A stretch of 64,000 nt of DNA. Origin: an uncultured Planctomycetia bacterium. GTDB lineage: Bacteria; Omnitrophota; Gorgyraeia; 2-02-FULL-51-18. The stretch spans positions 3,155-67,154 of the forward strand of contig CAZVNB010000029.1 of NCBI GenBank assembly GCA_964628355.1, in the 5' to 3' direction. How positions within the stretch are numbered: position 1 is the stretch's first letter; every line of letters starts with the position of its first letter. The position numbers and the translations under genes are program-made. This document shows positions 1-9,737 of the stretch, in pieces. The notes under the pieces were generated by a model. That model ran no database searches. It was given only the letters and a program-made list of their open reading frames with translations, and had not been told where the DNA came from.

Positions 1-1472
1 ACATTGAAAAAGATTCGGCGCTGGAACGCCGTTTTCAGACCATCATGGTAGAGCCTCCATCGGTGGAGGAAACGATACTGATTTTGAAGGGTCTGCGCGA
101 TAAATATGAAGCGCATCACCGCATCAAAATTTTGGATTCGGCCTTGGAAGCAGCCGCCAAGCTTTCCGACCGCTACATTGCCGGTCGTTTTTTGCCGGAC
201 AAGGCCATCGACATGCTCGATGAGGCGGGCGCCCATGCGCGGCTTTCCACGCACACTGCACCTCATGAAGTCAAAGAGCTCGAGAAAAAGCTAGAGCTTC
301 TCAAACATGAAAAAGAAGACACCATCAAAGAACAGGATTTTGAAAAAGCGGCCGCACTCCGCGATCAGGAAAGAGAGTTGCGTCGACTTTTGGACAAATC
401 GAAGAAAGAATGGGTGGAGAACCGTTCCAAAATCGAGCTTCAAATCGGCGAGGAAGATATCGCGCGTATCATTGCCAAAACAACCGGTATTCCTATTGCG
501 CGTCTTGAAGAAAAAGAAAGCGCGCGTCTTCTTCGCATGGAAGAGGTCATTCAAAAAAAAGTGGTGGGACAGGAAGAGGCAATTTCTTCCATCGCTCATG
601 CGGTGCGCCGTTCCCGGGCCGGTTTGAAAGATCCCAGGCGGCCGATCGGCTCATTTATCTTTTTGGGTCCCACCGGCGTCGGGAAAACGCTGTTGGCCCG
701 GGCTTTGGCTGAATTTTTATTCGGCGATGAAAATGCTCTTTTTACCTTTGACATGTCCGAGTACATGGAAAAATTCAACGTGTCTCGGCTGGTCGGCGCT
801 CCTCCGGGATATGTGGGTTATGAGGAGGGCGGTCAACTGACCGAGCGCGTGCGCCGGCGCCCTTATTGCATCGTGCTGTTGGATGAAATTGAAAAGGCGC
901 ATCCGGATGTGTTCAATCTTCTTTTGCAAGCGCTTGAAGAAGGGCGTCTTACCGACTCGCTGGGACGCAAAGTCGATTTTCGCAATACGATGATCATCAT
1001 GACGTCGAATCTCGGCGCCGAACAACTGCGCAAGCAGGGTAGCATCGGTTTCAAAGATAACCTGTCTGCTACGGATTATAATCAGATGAAGAGCCGGCTT
1101 ATGGATGAGGTGAAGCGGGTTTTTAAGCCCGAGTTCATTAACCGCGTGGACGACATTATTGTGTTTCAGAGGCTTACGCGCGAAAATCTCGAGCACATCC
1201 TCGACATCGAAATCGCGGGTTTTTCCAAACGCCTCGAGGATAAGGGGATCGAAATCGTGCTGGATCCAAAAGCCAAAGATTTTCTCATTACCAAAGGTTT
1301 TGATACGGCCTATGGGGCCAGGCCGCTCAAACGGACGTTGCAAAAATATCTTGAGGACCCGATAGCCGAGGAACTCATCTCAAAGAAAATTCGTCCCAAC
1401 GACGTGATTCATGTATACGTCAAGGATGAGGATCATTTGCTCTTTGAACAAGGGACCGGTATTCGGCATTAA
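1..1472 (+). CDS. clpC: ATP-dependent Clp ATPase ClpC, C-terminal ~490 aa; the 5' end lies upstream of the window
   Basis: The reading frame is open from nt 3 ([36 protein letters not shown]). A UVR-like linker [20 protein letters not shown] is present. The second AAA+ module carries GPTGVGKT Walker A, [9 protein letters not shown] Walker B and a ClpB D2-small region. Confidence 0.9.
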   Translation, partial: [489 protein letters not shown]

Positions 1473-1475
1473 CGC

Positions 1476-2927
1476 TTGAAAACCAAAAGAATCCACGCGG
1501 CTAAAAATCGCCGGAACTTTTATCTCAAGTTGGCCGTGGCGCTGCTGTTGGTTTCGGCGGGCGTGTTCATTCTCAGACAAAAAAAAGAAATGCTGGTGCG
1601 CGAGGCGACGAATTTTATTCAGCATCTATTGTCTCGTGAATCGCAGCTGGACATCAAGATCGGAAAAATCAGCGGCCGGCTTTCCGGTGTGGTGCGTTTT
1701 GAAGATGTGCGTTTGGAGGATCCCGCGCTGCCGGCTGGACTCAAGCTGATCTTGCGTGCAAAGGAAATTGAGCTGCGTTATCGGTGGGTTGATTTTTTAA
1801 CGAAAAATTTTGCATCCAAGATCGTGGTCACGGTGCGTGAACCGGAGCTTTATTGGCGTTCTCAGCTAAGTTTGCACCGTGATCGCTTCGGGCTTTTTGG
1901 CTGGCTGCGTGAGTGGGGCTTGGCGCAACGCCGGCATCTGCAAGTGATCGTGAAAGATTTAAAATTCGTGCGGGGGTCGGGCGACCGCGAGTTTACGGGC
2001 ATTCAGATTGAGTACATGAATGATACGTTTCAAATTCAGGCGCCGCTGAGGCATTTAGAATTGTGGGGGTATGATATTTCAACGGAAATCAACGTGCATG
2101 GCCGATTTCAGCCGGGGCTTTTGAACGCGTCGGACTCCTTAATCGGCGAATTTTTTACCGAAGGTACCGTAGTCAATTGGAGTCCCCTTCCTTGGGAATC
2201 GCGCTTTGAATTTACGCTGACAGAGGATGAACTGGAGTTGCACTCATCAAGTCTTTTGGGAGGTTTTGAATTATCGGCAGCCGTGAATTTTGAGAACGAA
2301 AATGAAATCCAGCTGTCGCTGGATACCCAGCAGTACCCCCTTTCCAATTTCGGACCTTTTTTGCGTACGGCTGCCAAAGCGCCGGTGGAAGGGCGCCTGG
2401 ACTTAAAAGCGCGCATCAAAGGACCTCTCCAGGCTCCGAATCTCGAAGCGTACGCGACCCTCTCCGGAGGCCGCTCGGGAATCAACAAATATCAAGCAAT
2501 GAACTTGCACGTGACAGGTATTTACCCGACATTGCGACTGTCGGATTCACGGGTGGTGCTTGAAGATGGGCAGGTGATGCGTTTTACCGATCAAGCGCTT
2601 GAGTTCAGCGATCTGTTTGACGTCTCCATCTACAAGAAACTGATTTCCGGGTCAGATCAGGACACGGTGGTGCTCGGCGACTGGGAATTTCGCCGGCCAA
2701 CGGATGAAAAACAAAGGCCGGAGTTTTTGATGCAGCGTTCATTTGGCAAGCATGCGCAATTGCATATCAAGAAATTTAACGAAGCAGATGAAGAAAAATT
2801 GGACTCGCCCCAAACGCATGAGATGGAGGTTGGTTTTGAATATCGTTTGAAAGGCAAAGATTCACTGAAATTTGAAATGCGTGAGGATGAGCGTTTTGTG
2901 GGCGTGGAACGAAAAATGAGTTTTTAA
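1476..2927 (+). CDS. Hypothetical membrane-anchored protein, possibly AsmA/TamB-like
   Basis: It has a single N-terminal TM helix (LKLAVALLLVSAGVFIL) followed by about 450 aa of soluble sequence. No catalytic motif was recognised. It sits immediately upstream of mlaEFD. Confidence 0.35.
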   Translation: MKTKRIHAAKNRRNFYLKLAVALLLVSAGVFILRQKKEMLVREATNFIQHLLSRESQLDIKIGKISGRLSGVVRFEDVRLEDPALPAGLKLILRAKEIELRYRWVDFLTKNFASKIVVTVREPELYWRSQLSLHRDRFGLFGWLREWGLAQRRHLQVIVKDLKFVRGSGDREFTGIQIEYMNDTFQIQAPLRHLELWGYDISTEINVHGRFQPGLLNASDSLIGEFFTEGTVVNWSPLPWESRFEFTLTEDELELHSSSLLGGFELSAAVNFENENEIQLSLDTQQYPLSNFGPFLRTAAKAPVEGRLDLKARIKGPLQAPNLEAYATLSGGRSGINKYQAMNLHVTGIYPTLRLSDSRVVLEDGQVMRFTDQALEFSDLFDVSIYKKLISGSDQDTVVLGDWEFRRPTDEKQRPEFLMQRSFGKHAQLHIKKFNEADEEKLDSPQTHEMEVGFEYRLKGKDSLKFEMREDERFVGVERKMSF

Positions 2928-2944
2928 AGCGGAGCTATCGTGGC

Positions 2945-3724
2945 ATGAAACGATTGATTATGCGTTTTGGACACCAAGCTACCAGCGCGATCGAGTTTAC
3001 CGGAGGCGCTTTTAACCTGCTTTTGCAGACGTTGTTTTCCGTCATGATCCCACCATTTCGCCCCAGACAGATTTACGATCAAATGGTGAAAATTGGCGTT
3101 GATTCGTTGCCGATTGCCACTCTCACGAGTTTTTTCATCGGGGTTGTGATTGCGTTTCAAAGCGCCTATCAAATGCATCGCGTGAATGCGGAGATGTACA
3201 TCCCAAGCCTGGTTTCAATTTCCATTTGCCGTGAAATCGGTCCGGTACTGACGGCGCTGGTTGTGGCGGGTCGCGTTGGCGCCTCGATCGCCGCAGAACT
3301 TGGCAGTATGAAAGTTACCGAACAAATCGAGGCGCTCGAGGCGCTGGCGGCGCAGCCGGTGAAATATTTGGTGGCGCCTCGATTTCTCGCGCTTTTTACC
3401 ATGTTGCCCCTTTTGACTGTTTATGCGGACGTCATCGGAATTTTAGGGGGTTATGCGGTGTCCGTGTATAAACTGGGGTTAACACACTCCCTGTACATCA
3501 AAATGACATTCCAACCGCTTGAACTCAAAGATATTTTTACGGGACTTTTTAAGACGCTGATCTTTGCAACGCTCATTTGCATTATCTCCTGTTATGAGGG
3601 AATGCGTGTGGAGGGGGGCGCGGTGGGTGTAGGACGGGCGACAACGCGGGCTGTTGTTTTTTCTTTTATTTCGATCATTGTGGCGGATGCTTTTTTTACC
3701 GTTATCTTTTACTTTTTGACTTAA
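2945..3724 (+). CDS. mlaE: Mla-type ABC transporter permease (MlaE/YrbE family)
   Basis: It is a polytopic membrane protein. The motif IAFQSAYQMHRVNAEMYIPSLVSISICREIGPVLTALVVAGRVGASIAAELGSMKVTEQIEALEALA is typical of MlaE permeases. Confidence 0.8.
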   Translation: MKRLIMRFGHQATSAIEFTGGAFNLLLQTLFSVMIPPFRPRQIYDQMVKIGVDSLPIATLTSFFIGVVIAFQSAYQMHRVNAEMYIPSLVSISICREIGPVLTALVVAGRVGASIAAELGSMKVTEQIEALEALAAQPVKYLVAPRFLALFTMLPLLTVYADVIGILGGYAVSVYKLGLTHSLYIKMTFQPLELKDIFTGLFKTLIFATLICIISCYEGMRVEGGAVGVGRATTRAVVFSFISIIVADAFFTVIFYFLT

Positions 3725-3761
3725 CGGACTTTTACATGAGTCATGGGAGATTTTATAGTCA

Positions 3762-4541
3762 ATGAGTGAGTCCGCTCCAATGATCGAAGCTACAATGCTG
3801 TGCAAAAAATTCAACGACCACACCGTGCTGGACCGTTTGGATCTTAAGGTGAACCGCGGTGAGACGCTGGTTATCATCGGTCGTTCCGGATGTGGCAAAA
3901 GCGTATTTTTAAAGCACGTGATTGGTCTCATGAAGGCCGACAGTGGTCAGATTTTGATCGATGGGACGGATGTTTCAGCGCTGTCGACCAAACAGCTCAA
4001 TGCGTTACGAATGCGTTTTGGCATGTTGTTTCAAGCCTCGGCTTTGTTTGATTCCATGACGGTCGGCGAAAATGTCGGCTTTGCGTTGATTGAACATTCC
4101 GACTTGAGCCAGAAGGCGATCCACGAACGCGTCGACGAGGCGCTGGACCTGGTGGGCTTGAAGGGCATACAGGAATTACGGCCGGCAGAACTTTCGGGCG
4201 GCATGAAAAAAAGAGTGGCACTGGCCCGCGCAATTTGTATGCGGCCCGAGATTTTGTTGTATGATGAGCCCACCACCGGACTGGATCCGATTACCGCCGA
4301 CGCGATCAATGATTTGATCGTCCGGTTGCATGACAAACTGAAGGTGACCGCGGTAGCGGTCACGCACGACATGGTGAGCGCTTACAAGATCGGCACGCGT
4401 ATCGCGATGATGTACCAGGGCAGGATTATTGATACGGGCTCTCCCGACCAGATCCGTCATTCGCCCAACCCGATTATCCACCAGTTTATCACCGGTTCGG
4501 CGGATGGACCGATGACGGACATGGTTTTTAAGAGTTTGTGA
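3762..4541 (+). CDS. mlaF: ABC transporter ATP-binding protein (MlaF-like)
   Basis: It carries a GRSGCGKS Walker A, an LSGGMKKRVALARA signature and LLYDEPTTGLD Walker B. Confidence 0.85.
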   Translation: MSESAPMIEATMLCKKFNDHTVLDRLDLKVNRGETLVIIGRSGCGKSVFLKHVIGLMKADSGQILIDGTDVSALSTKQLNALRMRFGMLFQASALFDSMTVGENVGFALIEHSDLSQKAIHERVDEALDLVGLKGIQELRPAELSGGMKKRVALARAICMRPEILLYDEPTTGLDPITADAINDLIVRLHDKLKVTAVAVTHDMVSAYKIGTRIAMMYQGRIIDTGSPDQIRHSPNPIIHQFITGSADGPMTDMVFKSL

Positions 4542-4569
4542 TATCGAACGCAAGGAGGAACGCGCTCTT

Positions 4570-5304
4570 ATGAAAAAAGCAGGCCTTGAGTTCAAGGTAG
4601 GCGTGTTTGTGGTGGTGGCGCTGGTGTTGTTGGCGGCCCTAGTGGCTAAGACAGGTGATTTTTATTTAAAACCAGGGTATACGGTGCTCTTTCTTTTCGA
4701 CTCGGTGAGTGGCGTCGATACCGGTTCTCCCGTGCGCTTAGCCGGCGTGACCATCGGAGAGGTAAAAGAAATTCACGTGGTAAAAAATACCGGTGGCATG
4801 ACTCAAGCCGAAGTGCGCGCGCGGATCGATGCGGATGTTTCTATCGAGAAAGATGCGATGCCACGCGTCACCGCTATGGGATTTTTGGGAGAAAAATATA
4901 TCGAAATTCTCGCAGGTACTGCGGGGACTCAGAATGTGGGTGATGGGGGTGTTCTTATGGGCAAGGAGCATTCAAATATGGACGACGTGTTGGCGTCCGG
5001 CCAGCGTCTGATCGGAAAAATGGATTACGCAATAGACAATGTGAACGAGGTGGTGGCTAATCCCGAGTTCAAGAGTGCTACCAAAGGGACGTTTGTAAGT
5101 GCGGATAAAGTGGCAAAGAATCTCGTGGAGGCAAGTGAAGATTTGAAAGACGCGGCAAAATCTGCCAGAATCATTCTGGCGCGAATGCGAGATGGAGAAG
5201 GAACCATGGGAAAGCTCTTAAAAGAGGATAAAATCGCCAAGGATCTAGAAGCCTTCGTGGTGGACATCAAGTCGCATCCCTGGAAGCTACTCAAGAGAAA
5301 CTAA
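4570..5304 (+). CDS. mlaD: MCE-domain substrate-binding protein (MlaD-like)
   Basis: It has an N-terminal TM anchor followed by an MCE domain (FLFDSVSGVDTGSPVRLAGVTIGEVKEI). Confidence 0.75.
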   Translation: MKKAGLEFKVGVFVVVALVLLAALVAKTGDFYLKPGYTVLFLFDSVSGVDTGSPVRLAGVTIGEVKEIHVVKNTGGMTQAEVRARIDADVSIEKDAMPRVTAMGFLGEKYIEILAGTAGTQNVGDGGVLMGKEHSNMDDVLASGQRLIGKMDYAIDNVNEVVANPEFKSATKGTFVSADKVAKNLVEASEDLKDAAKSARIILARMRDGEGTMGKLLKEDKIAKDLEAFVVDIKSHPWKLLKRN

Positions 5305-5307
5305 ATT

Positions 5308-6312
5308 ATGACATTTGGATTCATACGCGCTTTATTTGTGCTTATCAGCGTCACGGTCGGTTTTCAGCTGGGTAGCGCTTTTCAGGGGGTCGGGTCTTCA
5401 TGGGCGCTGGGAGGAGCTGCTATTGGTGCGGGCATCGCATTTTTTGTGATTTTGGTCGAGGCCGGGCTTGGCAGGCTTTCGTTGCGCGGACTTTCGGCGG
5501 CTGTTTTTGGTTTAATTTTAGCACTCATTATTTCAAAATTTTTGACAGGCGCGATCGACTTGATTCCCGAGTTAAATCCGGTGATTGCTTCTTCGCTTAA
5601 GCTGGTTCTCGTTTTGATCCTTGGTTATTTTGGCATGGTGTTTGCGATGCGCGGGCGTGACGAATTCAATCTAATCATTCCCTACGTGAAATTTGACCGT
5701 CAGGACCAGAAGGACGAACTGTTGATTTTGGACACCAGTGTGATTATTGACGGACGTATTTTGGACATCTGCCAGACCAAATTTTTGGAAGGCAGGCTGG
5801 TGGTCCCGCGTTTTGTTTTGAAGGAGCTGCAGCAGGTGGCCGACTCACAGGATCCGCTCAAGAGAAACCGTGGCCGACGCGGGCTTGATATTCTCAACAA
5901 GCTCAAAAAAATGCAAAGCATGCACATTCACGAAGAGGATTTTGCTGACACGCTGTCGGTGGATGAAAAATTGATCAAGCTTGCCAAGGTTTTGGGAGGA
6001 AAAGTTCTGACGAATGATTTTAATCTGAACAAAGTGGCGCAACTGCAAGGAGTCACGATACTGAATGTTAACGAGCTTGCGCAGGCGCTGCGGCCGATCA
6101 TGCTTCCGGGCGAGGTGATGGAAGTGCGTCTGGCCAAAGAAGGTAAAGAACACAACCAGGCTATTGGCTATTTGGACGACGGCACGATGGTGGTCGTGGA
6201 CAATGCCAGAAAATTTCTCAGCCAGGTTGTGGCAGTCGAAGTGACTTCTGTTTTTCAAACTGCCGCGGGTCGTATGATCTTTGCCAAGTTGGACGAGTCC
6301 CCAAAGCCCTAA
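5308..6312 (+). CDS. yacL: PIN/TRAM domain membrane protein (YacL-like)
   Basis: It has N-terminal TM helices, a PIN domain (LILDTSVIIDGRILDI) and a C-terminal TRAM domain (GEVMEVRLAKEGKEHNQAIGYLDDGTMVVVDN). It lies upstream of ispD-ispF, as yacL does in Bacillus. Confidence 0.7.
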   Translation: MTFGFIRALFVLISVTVGFQLGSAFQGVGSSWALGGAAIGAGIAFFVILVEAGLGRLSLRGLSAAVFGLILALIISKFLTGAIDLIPELNPVIASSLKLVLVLILGYFGMVFAMRGRDEFNLIIPYVKFDRQDQKDELLILDTSVIIDGRILDICQTKFLEGRLVVPRFVLKELQQVADSQDPLKRNRGRRGLDILNKLKKMQSMHIHEEDFADTLSVDEKLIKLAKVLGGKVLTNDFNLNKVAQLQGVTILNVNELAQALRPIMLPGEVMEVRLAKEGKEHNQAIGYLDDGTMVVVDNARKFLSQVVAVEVTSVFQTAAGRMIFAKLDESPKP

Positions 6313-6313
6313 C

Positions 6314-7009
6314 ATGAAGGTGGCGGCTGTTGTTCCTGCGGCTGGGCGCGGCAAGCGTTTTCAAAGCAAAACTCCCAAACTGTTTGTTTGCCTACATGGG
6401 AAACCGTTATTGATTCACACCCTGCAGCAGCTTGAACGCTCTTTTGATTTTCAAGAGGTGCTGGTGCTTGTCGGTTGCGGTGATCTGAAAAAGGTCGAAA
6501 AAATGTTAAAACGTCACGGACTTAGTCGGATGCGCCTGGTGGTGGGTGGCGTCACGCGCGCAGATTCCGTCAGACGTGGACTTGAAAATGTATCCGAAAG
6601 TTGCGACTGGGTTTTGGTGCATGATGGCGCGCGACCTTTCGTCGATAAAACGCTGGTGCTTGGCACGATTTCGGCTGCCAAGACTACCGGGGCTGCTTTG
6701 TGCGCCCTGCCGGTGACCGCCACGGTAAAAAGGGTGGACATTAAACGAGGTACGGTGCTTTCCACGGAAGACCGCCGCCTGCTTTATTTAGCCCAAACGC
6801 CGCAGGTGTTTCGAAGGGATTTGTTGTTGGAGCGCTACAGGGTTCTCAAAAAAAAGGCGCTCAAGGCGACGGATGAGGCCGCACTTTTTGACGGGTCCGG
6901 GATTTTGGTGCGCGTGGTTGCCGGCCACGCAAAAAATATTAAAATCACCACCATTGATGATTTGGAGTTGTTTAAGCACTACCTCGGGAAATTACAAACC
7001 AAGCGCTAA
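6314..7009 (+). CDS. ispD: 2-C-methyl-D-erythritol 4-phosphate cytidylyltransferase
   Basis: The N-terminus MKVAAVVPAAGRGKRF is the IspD signature. The ORF-track start at 6281 is probably too early. Confidence 0.85.
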   Translation: MKVAAVVPAAGRGKRFQSKTPKLFVCLHGKPLLIHTLQQLERSFDFQEVLVLVGCGDLKKVEKMLKRHGLSRMRLVVGGVTRADSVRRGLENVSESCDWVLVHDGARPFVDKTLVLGTISAAKTTGAALCALPVTATVKRVDIKRGTVLSTEDRRLLYLAQTPQVFRRDLLLERYRVLKKKALKATDEAALFDGSGILVRVVAGHAKNIKITTIDDLELFKHYLGKLQTKR

Positions 7010-7027
7010 CCCTTTGAGAATCGTGCA

Positions 7028-7501
7028 ATGAGAGTCGGAATCGGTTATGATATTCACCGACTAAAAAAAGGCCGGAAATTGCTTCTGGGAGGAGTCCATA
7101 TTCCTCACCCAAAAGGTCTTTGGGGCCACTCAGATGGGGATGTTTTGATTCACGCGGTGGTGGACGCGCTGCTGGGGGCGGCGGGGCTCGGAGACATCGG
7201 TGAACATTTTTCGGATAAAAATAAAAAATTCAAACAGGCCGACAGCCGCTTTTTTTTAAGGACCGCGCGCGCTCTGCTTGATGAAAAAAAACTAAAAATT
7301 GTGAACATCGATGCGGTGTTGATCGCCGAAAAGCCCCAGCTTTCTGTTTATAAAGTCAAAATAAGCGCTGCCATTGCGCGGGAGCTTGGGATTGTCAGTT
7401 CTCAGGTGAACGTGAAAGCAAAAACCAATGAAGGGTTTGGCGCCATCGGTCGTCATGAGGCCATGGCTTGCCATGCGATCGCAAGTTTAAAGGAAAAATA
7501 A
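7028..7501 (+). CDS. ispF: 2-C-methyl-D-erythritol 2,4-cyclodiphosphate synthase
   Basis: MRVGIGYDIHRL...GHSDGDVLIHAVVDALLGAAGLGDIGEHF is the canonical IspF sequence. Confidence 0.9.
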   Translation: MRVGIGYDIHRLKKGRKLLLGGVHIPHPKGLWGHSDGDVLIHAVVDALLGAAGLGDIGEHFSDKNKKFKQADSRFFLRTARALLDEKKLKIVNIDAVLIAEKPQLSVYKVKISAAIARELGIVSSQVNVKAKTNEGFGAIGRHEAMACHAIASLKEK

Positions 7502-7544
7502 CGTGCATACGATTCAGGTTTTAGCGGTTATCGGCTTCACCTTT

Positions 7545-8198
7545 GTGGTTGTGAAGGTATTTATCTATAAACTATTTTTTAACGATCTCATCCATTCCGC
7601 GCTTGATCGCGATCCGGCGGCAACCGGATCTTTTGCGGTTATTTTAACTTACCCCGGCGTGCAGGCGATGGCCTATCACCGCGTTGCGCATGTTTTGTTT
7701 CATTGGCGTTTTTGTTTTTTGTCGCGGTTGCTTTCACAGATTGCGCGCGGACTTACCGGCATTGAAATCCATCCGGGCGCTTTGATCGGGAAAGGCATTT
7801 TTATTGATCATGGCATGGGTGTCGTGGTCGGTGAAACGGCCGTGATTGGCGACAACGTGACTTTATTTCAGGGGGTAACACTGGGCGGCACCGGCAAGGA
7901 AAAAGGCAAGAGGCATCCCACACTCGGCAACAACGTGGTGGTCGGCGCCGGCGCCAAGATTCTCGGCAACATCCGTGTGGGCGACAACGTCAGTGTGGGC
8001 GCCAACGCCGTGGTATTGGAGGACGTGCCGCCGAATTCTACCGTGGTCGGGGTGCCGGGACGCGTCGCGCGGCGCGAAGGAAGAAAGCCGTTGGGTGTTA
8101 ACATTGATTATTGCCATTTGCCGGACCCGCTAGCGCAGGCCTTGGACCGTATTCAACGCGAAATAGATAGCATCGAAAATGAGCTGAAAGAAAAATAA
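7545..8198 (+). CDS. cysE: Serine O-acetyltransferase (short Gram-positive-type form)
   Basis: DRDPAA...ILTYPGVQAMAYHRVAHVLF...TGIEIHPGA is followed by hexapeptide repeats, and it aligns along its length with Bacillus CysE. The true start is probably a GTG near 7545-7551 rather than the ORF-track start at 7503. Confidence 0.8.
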   Translation: MVVKVFIYKLFFNDLIHSALDRDPAATGSFAVILTYPGVQAMAYHRVAHVLFHWRFCFLSRLLSQIARGLTGIEIHPGALIGKGIFIDHGMGVVVGETAVIGDNVTLFQGVTLGGTGKEKGKRHPTLGNNVVVGAGAKILGNIRVGDNVSVGANAVVLEDVPPNSTVVGVPGRVARREGRKPLGVNIDYCHLPDPLAQALDRIQREIDSIENELKEK

Positions 8199-8219
8199 TT
8201 CAAGAAACTAATTTAGCGT

Positions 8220-8299
8220 AGATTACACAGATTTTTAAGAAGATTATACCGATTGACTCCAGGGAGTCTATGTAATCTGTCTTTCAATCTGTGTAATCT
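8220..8299. repeat. Inverted repeat AGATTACACAGAT ... ATCTGTGTAATCT with an extra GTAATCTGT half-site; the same 13-mer recurs at 47.95 kb
   Basis: The exact 13-mer lies at 8220-8232 and its exact reverse complement at 8287-8299. A TTGACT -35-like hexamer at 8253-8258 sits between the arms. Confidence 0.6.
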
Positions 8300-8321
8300 T
8301 GTTTAATAGATCGCTTATTTT

Positions 8322-9737
8322 ATGCCATTAAAAATATATAATTCCCTCAGCAAAAAAAAAGAAGAATTTAAGCCGTTGGAGCTGGGCGTGGTCAAGATGT
8401 ACGTGTGCGGTCCGACCGTTTATGATGAGCCCCACATCGGACATTTGCGTTCGGCGTATGTGTTTGAGATGATCCGGCGATACCTGCAGTCGGGTTTTTG
8501 CCACTACAAAGTTTTCTTTGTGCGCAATGTCACTGATGTGGACGATAAAATCATCGAAAAAGCCAAACAGTCTTCCCCCAAAGACTTGACCCAGGCGGTT
8601 AGGCAAGTTTCACAGGCTTACTTTGATCTTTACAAACGCGATCTGTCACGCCTGGGTATTTCTGAACCAAGTGTTGAGCCAAAGGCCACTGAGCATATTG
8701 CTGAAATGATCGAACTCATCCAGCGTTTACTGGACGAAGGCTGTGCCTATGTCAGCCAGGGGGATGTGTATTTTAATGTGCCCACTTTCAAAGAATATGG
8801 AAAACTCTCCCATCAAAATAAAGAAGCGATGTTCGAGAACGTGCGCTTGGAAAAAAATGAAAAAAAACAAGACCCACTTGATTTTGCGTTATGGAAAAAA
8901 TCCAAGGCTGACGAACTCCAGTGGCCGAGCCCTTGGGGCAATGGCCGTCCGGGCTGGCATATCGAATGTTCGGCAATGAGCATGAAGTATCTGGGGGAAA
9001 CTTTTGACATTCACGGCGGTGGACGGGACCTTATTTTTCCTCATCATGAAAATGAAATGGCTCAGTCCGAAGCTTCGAGCGGAAAAATATTCGCTCAGAC
9101 GTGGCTTCATCATGGCCTGATCACCGTGGCAGGACAAAAAATGTCGAAGTCGCTCAAAAATTTTATCACGCTTGATGAGGTAATGAAACAGGACCCGCGC
9201 TACGGCGATGAAGTATTGAAGCTCACATTTTTGGGCACTCATTACAGTGCGCCGCTGGATTACACACCCGAGCGCGTGCAGATGGATCGCGGAGTTTGGA
9301 GACGATTTTCTGAGTTTTTCGAAAACGCGCGGAATCTCGAAAAAAACGGAGTCAAATCCAGCGAAAAAAGAACCACGCTGATTTACAAATCTTTTCAAGA
9401 ATCGATGGACAATGATTTCAACACGCCGGACGTGCTTGCGTCGATGCATGGGCTGATGCATGAAACGTACAAGGAAAAAGATCCGATTGCGCAGGTGACG
9501 GCTGCTTGTGCGATTCGCAATTTTGGCTCAGAGATTTTTGGAATCGTGTTTGATCAAAACGCGATGGTTGGGCAATACAAATCGGAGATCGAAAGCGCCA
9601 TCTTGCGCCGAGCCGCGGCGAGAAAAAACCGTGATTTTAAGATTGCCGATGAAATCCGCAGCCGAATTCTTAAGGAGCGTAACGTCGAGCTTCGGGATTT
9701 GCCGGATGGGCGGACGACTTGGCGGGTGAAACTGTGA
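8322..9737 (+). CDS. cysS: Cysteinyl-tRNA synthetase
   Basis: It carries the HIGHLRS and KMSKS class I motifs and the cysteine-binding [16 protein letters not shown] region. Confidence 0.9.
   Translation: MPLKIYNSLSKKKEEFKPLELGVVKMYVCGPTVYDEPHIGHLRSAYVFEMIRRYLQSGFCHYKVFFVRNVTDVDDKIIEKAKQSSPKDLTQAVRQVSQAYFDLYKRDLSRLGISEPSVEPKATEHIAEMIELIQRLLDEGCAYVSQGDVYFNVPTFKEYGKLSHQNKEAMFENVRLEKNEKKQDPLDFALWKKSKADELQWPSPWGNGRPGWHIECSAMSMKYLGETFDIHGGGRDLIFPHHENEMAQSEASSGKIFAQTWLHHGLITVAGQKMSKSLKNFITLDEVMKQDPRYGDEVLKLTFLGTHYSAPLDYTPERVQMDRGVWRRFSEFFENARNLEKNGVKSSEKRTTLIYKSFQESMDNDFNTPDVLASMHGLMHETYKEKDPIAQVTAACAIRNFGSEIFGIVFDQNAMVGQYKSEIESAILRRAAARKNRDFKIADEIRSRILKERNVELRDLPDGRTTWRVKL

Noticed and set aside
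717-1343. A 208-aa minus-strand ORF antisense to clpC. Similar long antisense ORFs lie at 12967-13695, 21508-22212, 21959-22897, 37058-37933, 49691-50233 and 55300-55917.
   Set aside because: Each lies entirely opposite a strongly supported housekeeping gene, its translation is low-complexity and Arg/Ala/His-rich, and it has no recognisable domain. These are typical stop-free antisense frames.
7503-7544. The hydrophobic N-terminal extension of cysE (MHTIQVLAVIGFTFVV).
   Set aside because: Alignment to short-form CysE proteins begins at about codon 15-17, so the extension is probably an artefact of the first in-frame alternative start.
8199-8321. A T-box or riboswitch leader upstream of cysS.
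   Set aside because: The intergenic region is only ~120 nt, too short for a T-box, and no specifier or antiterminator structure is recognisable. The palindromic repeat explains the region better.
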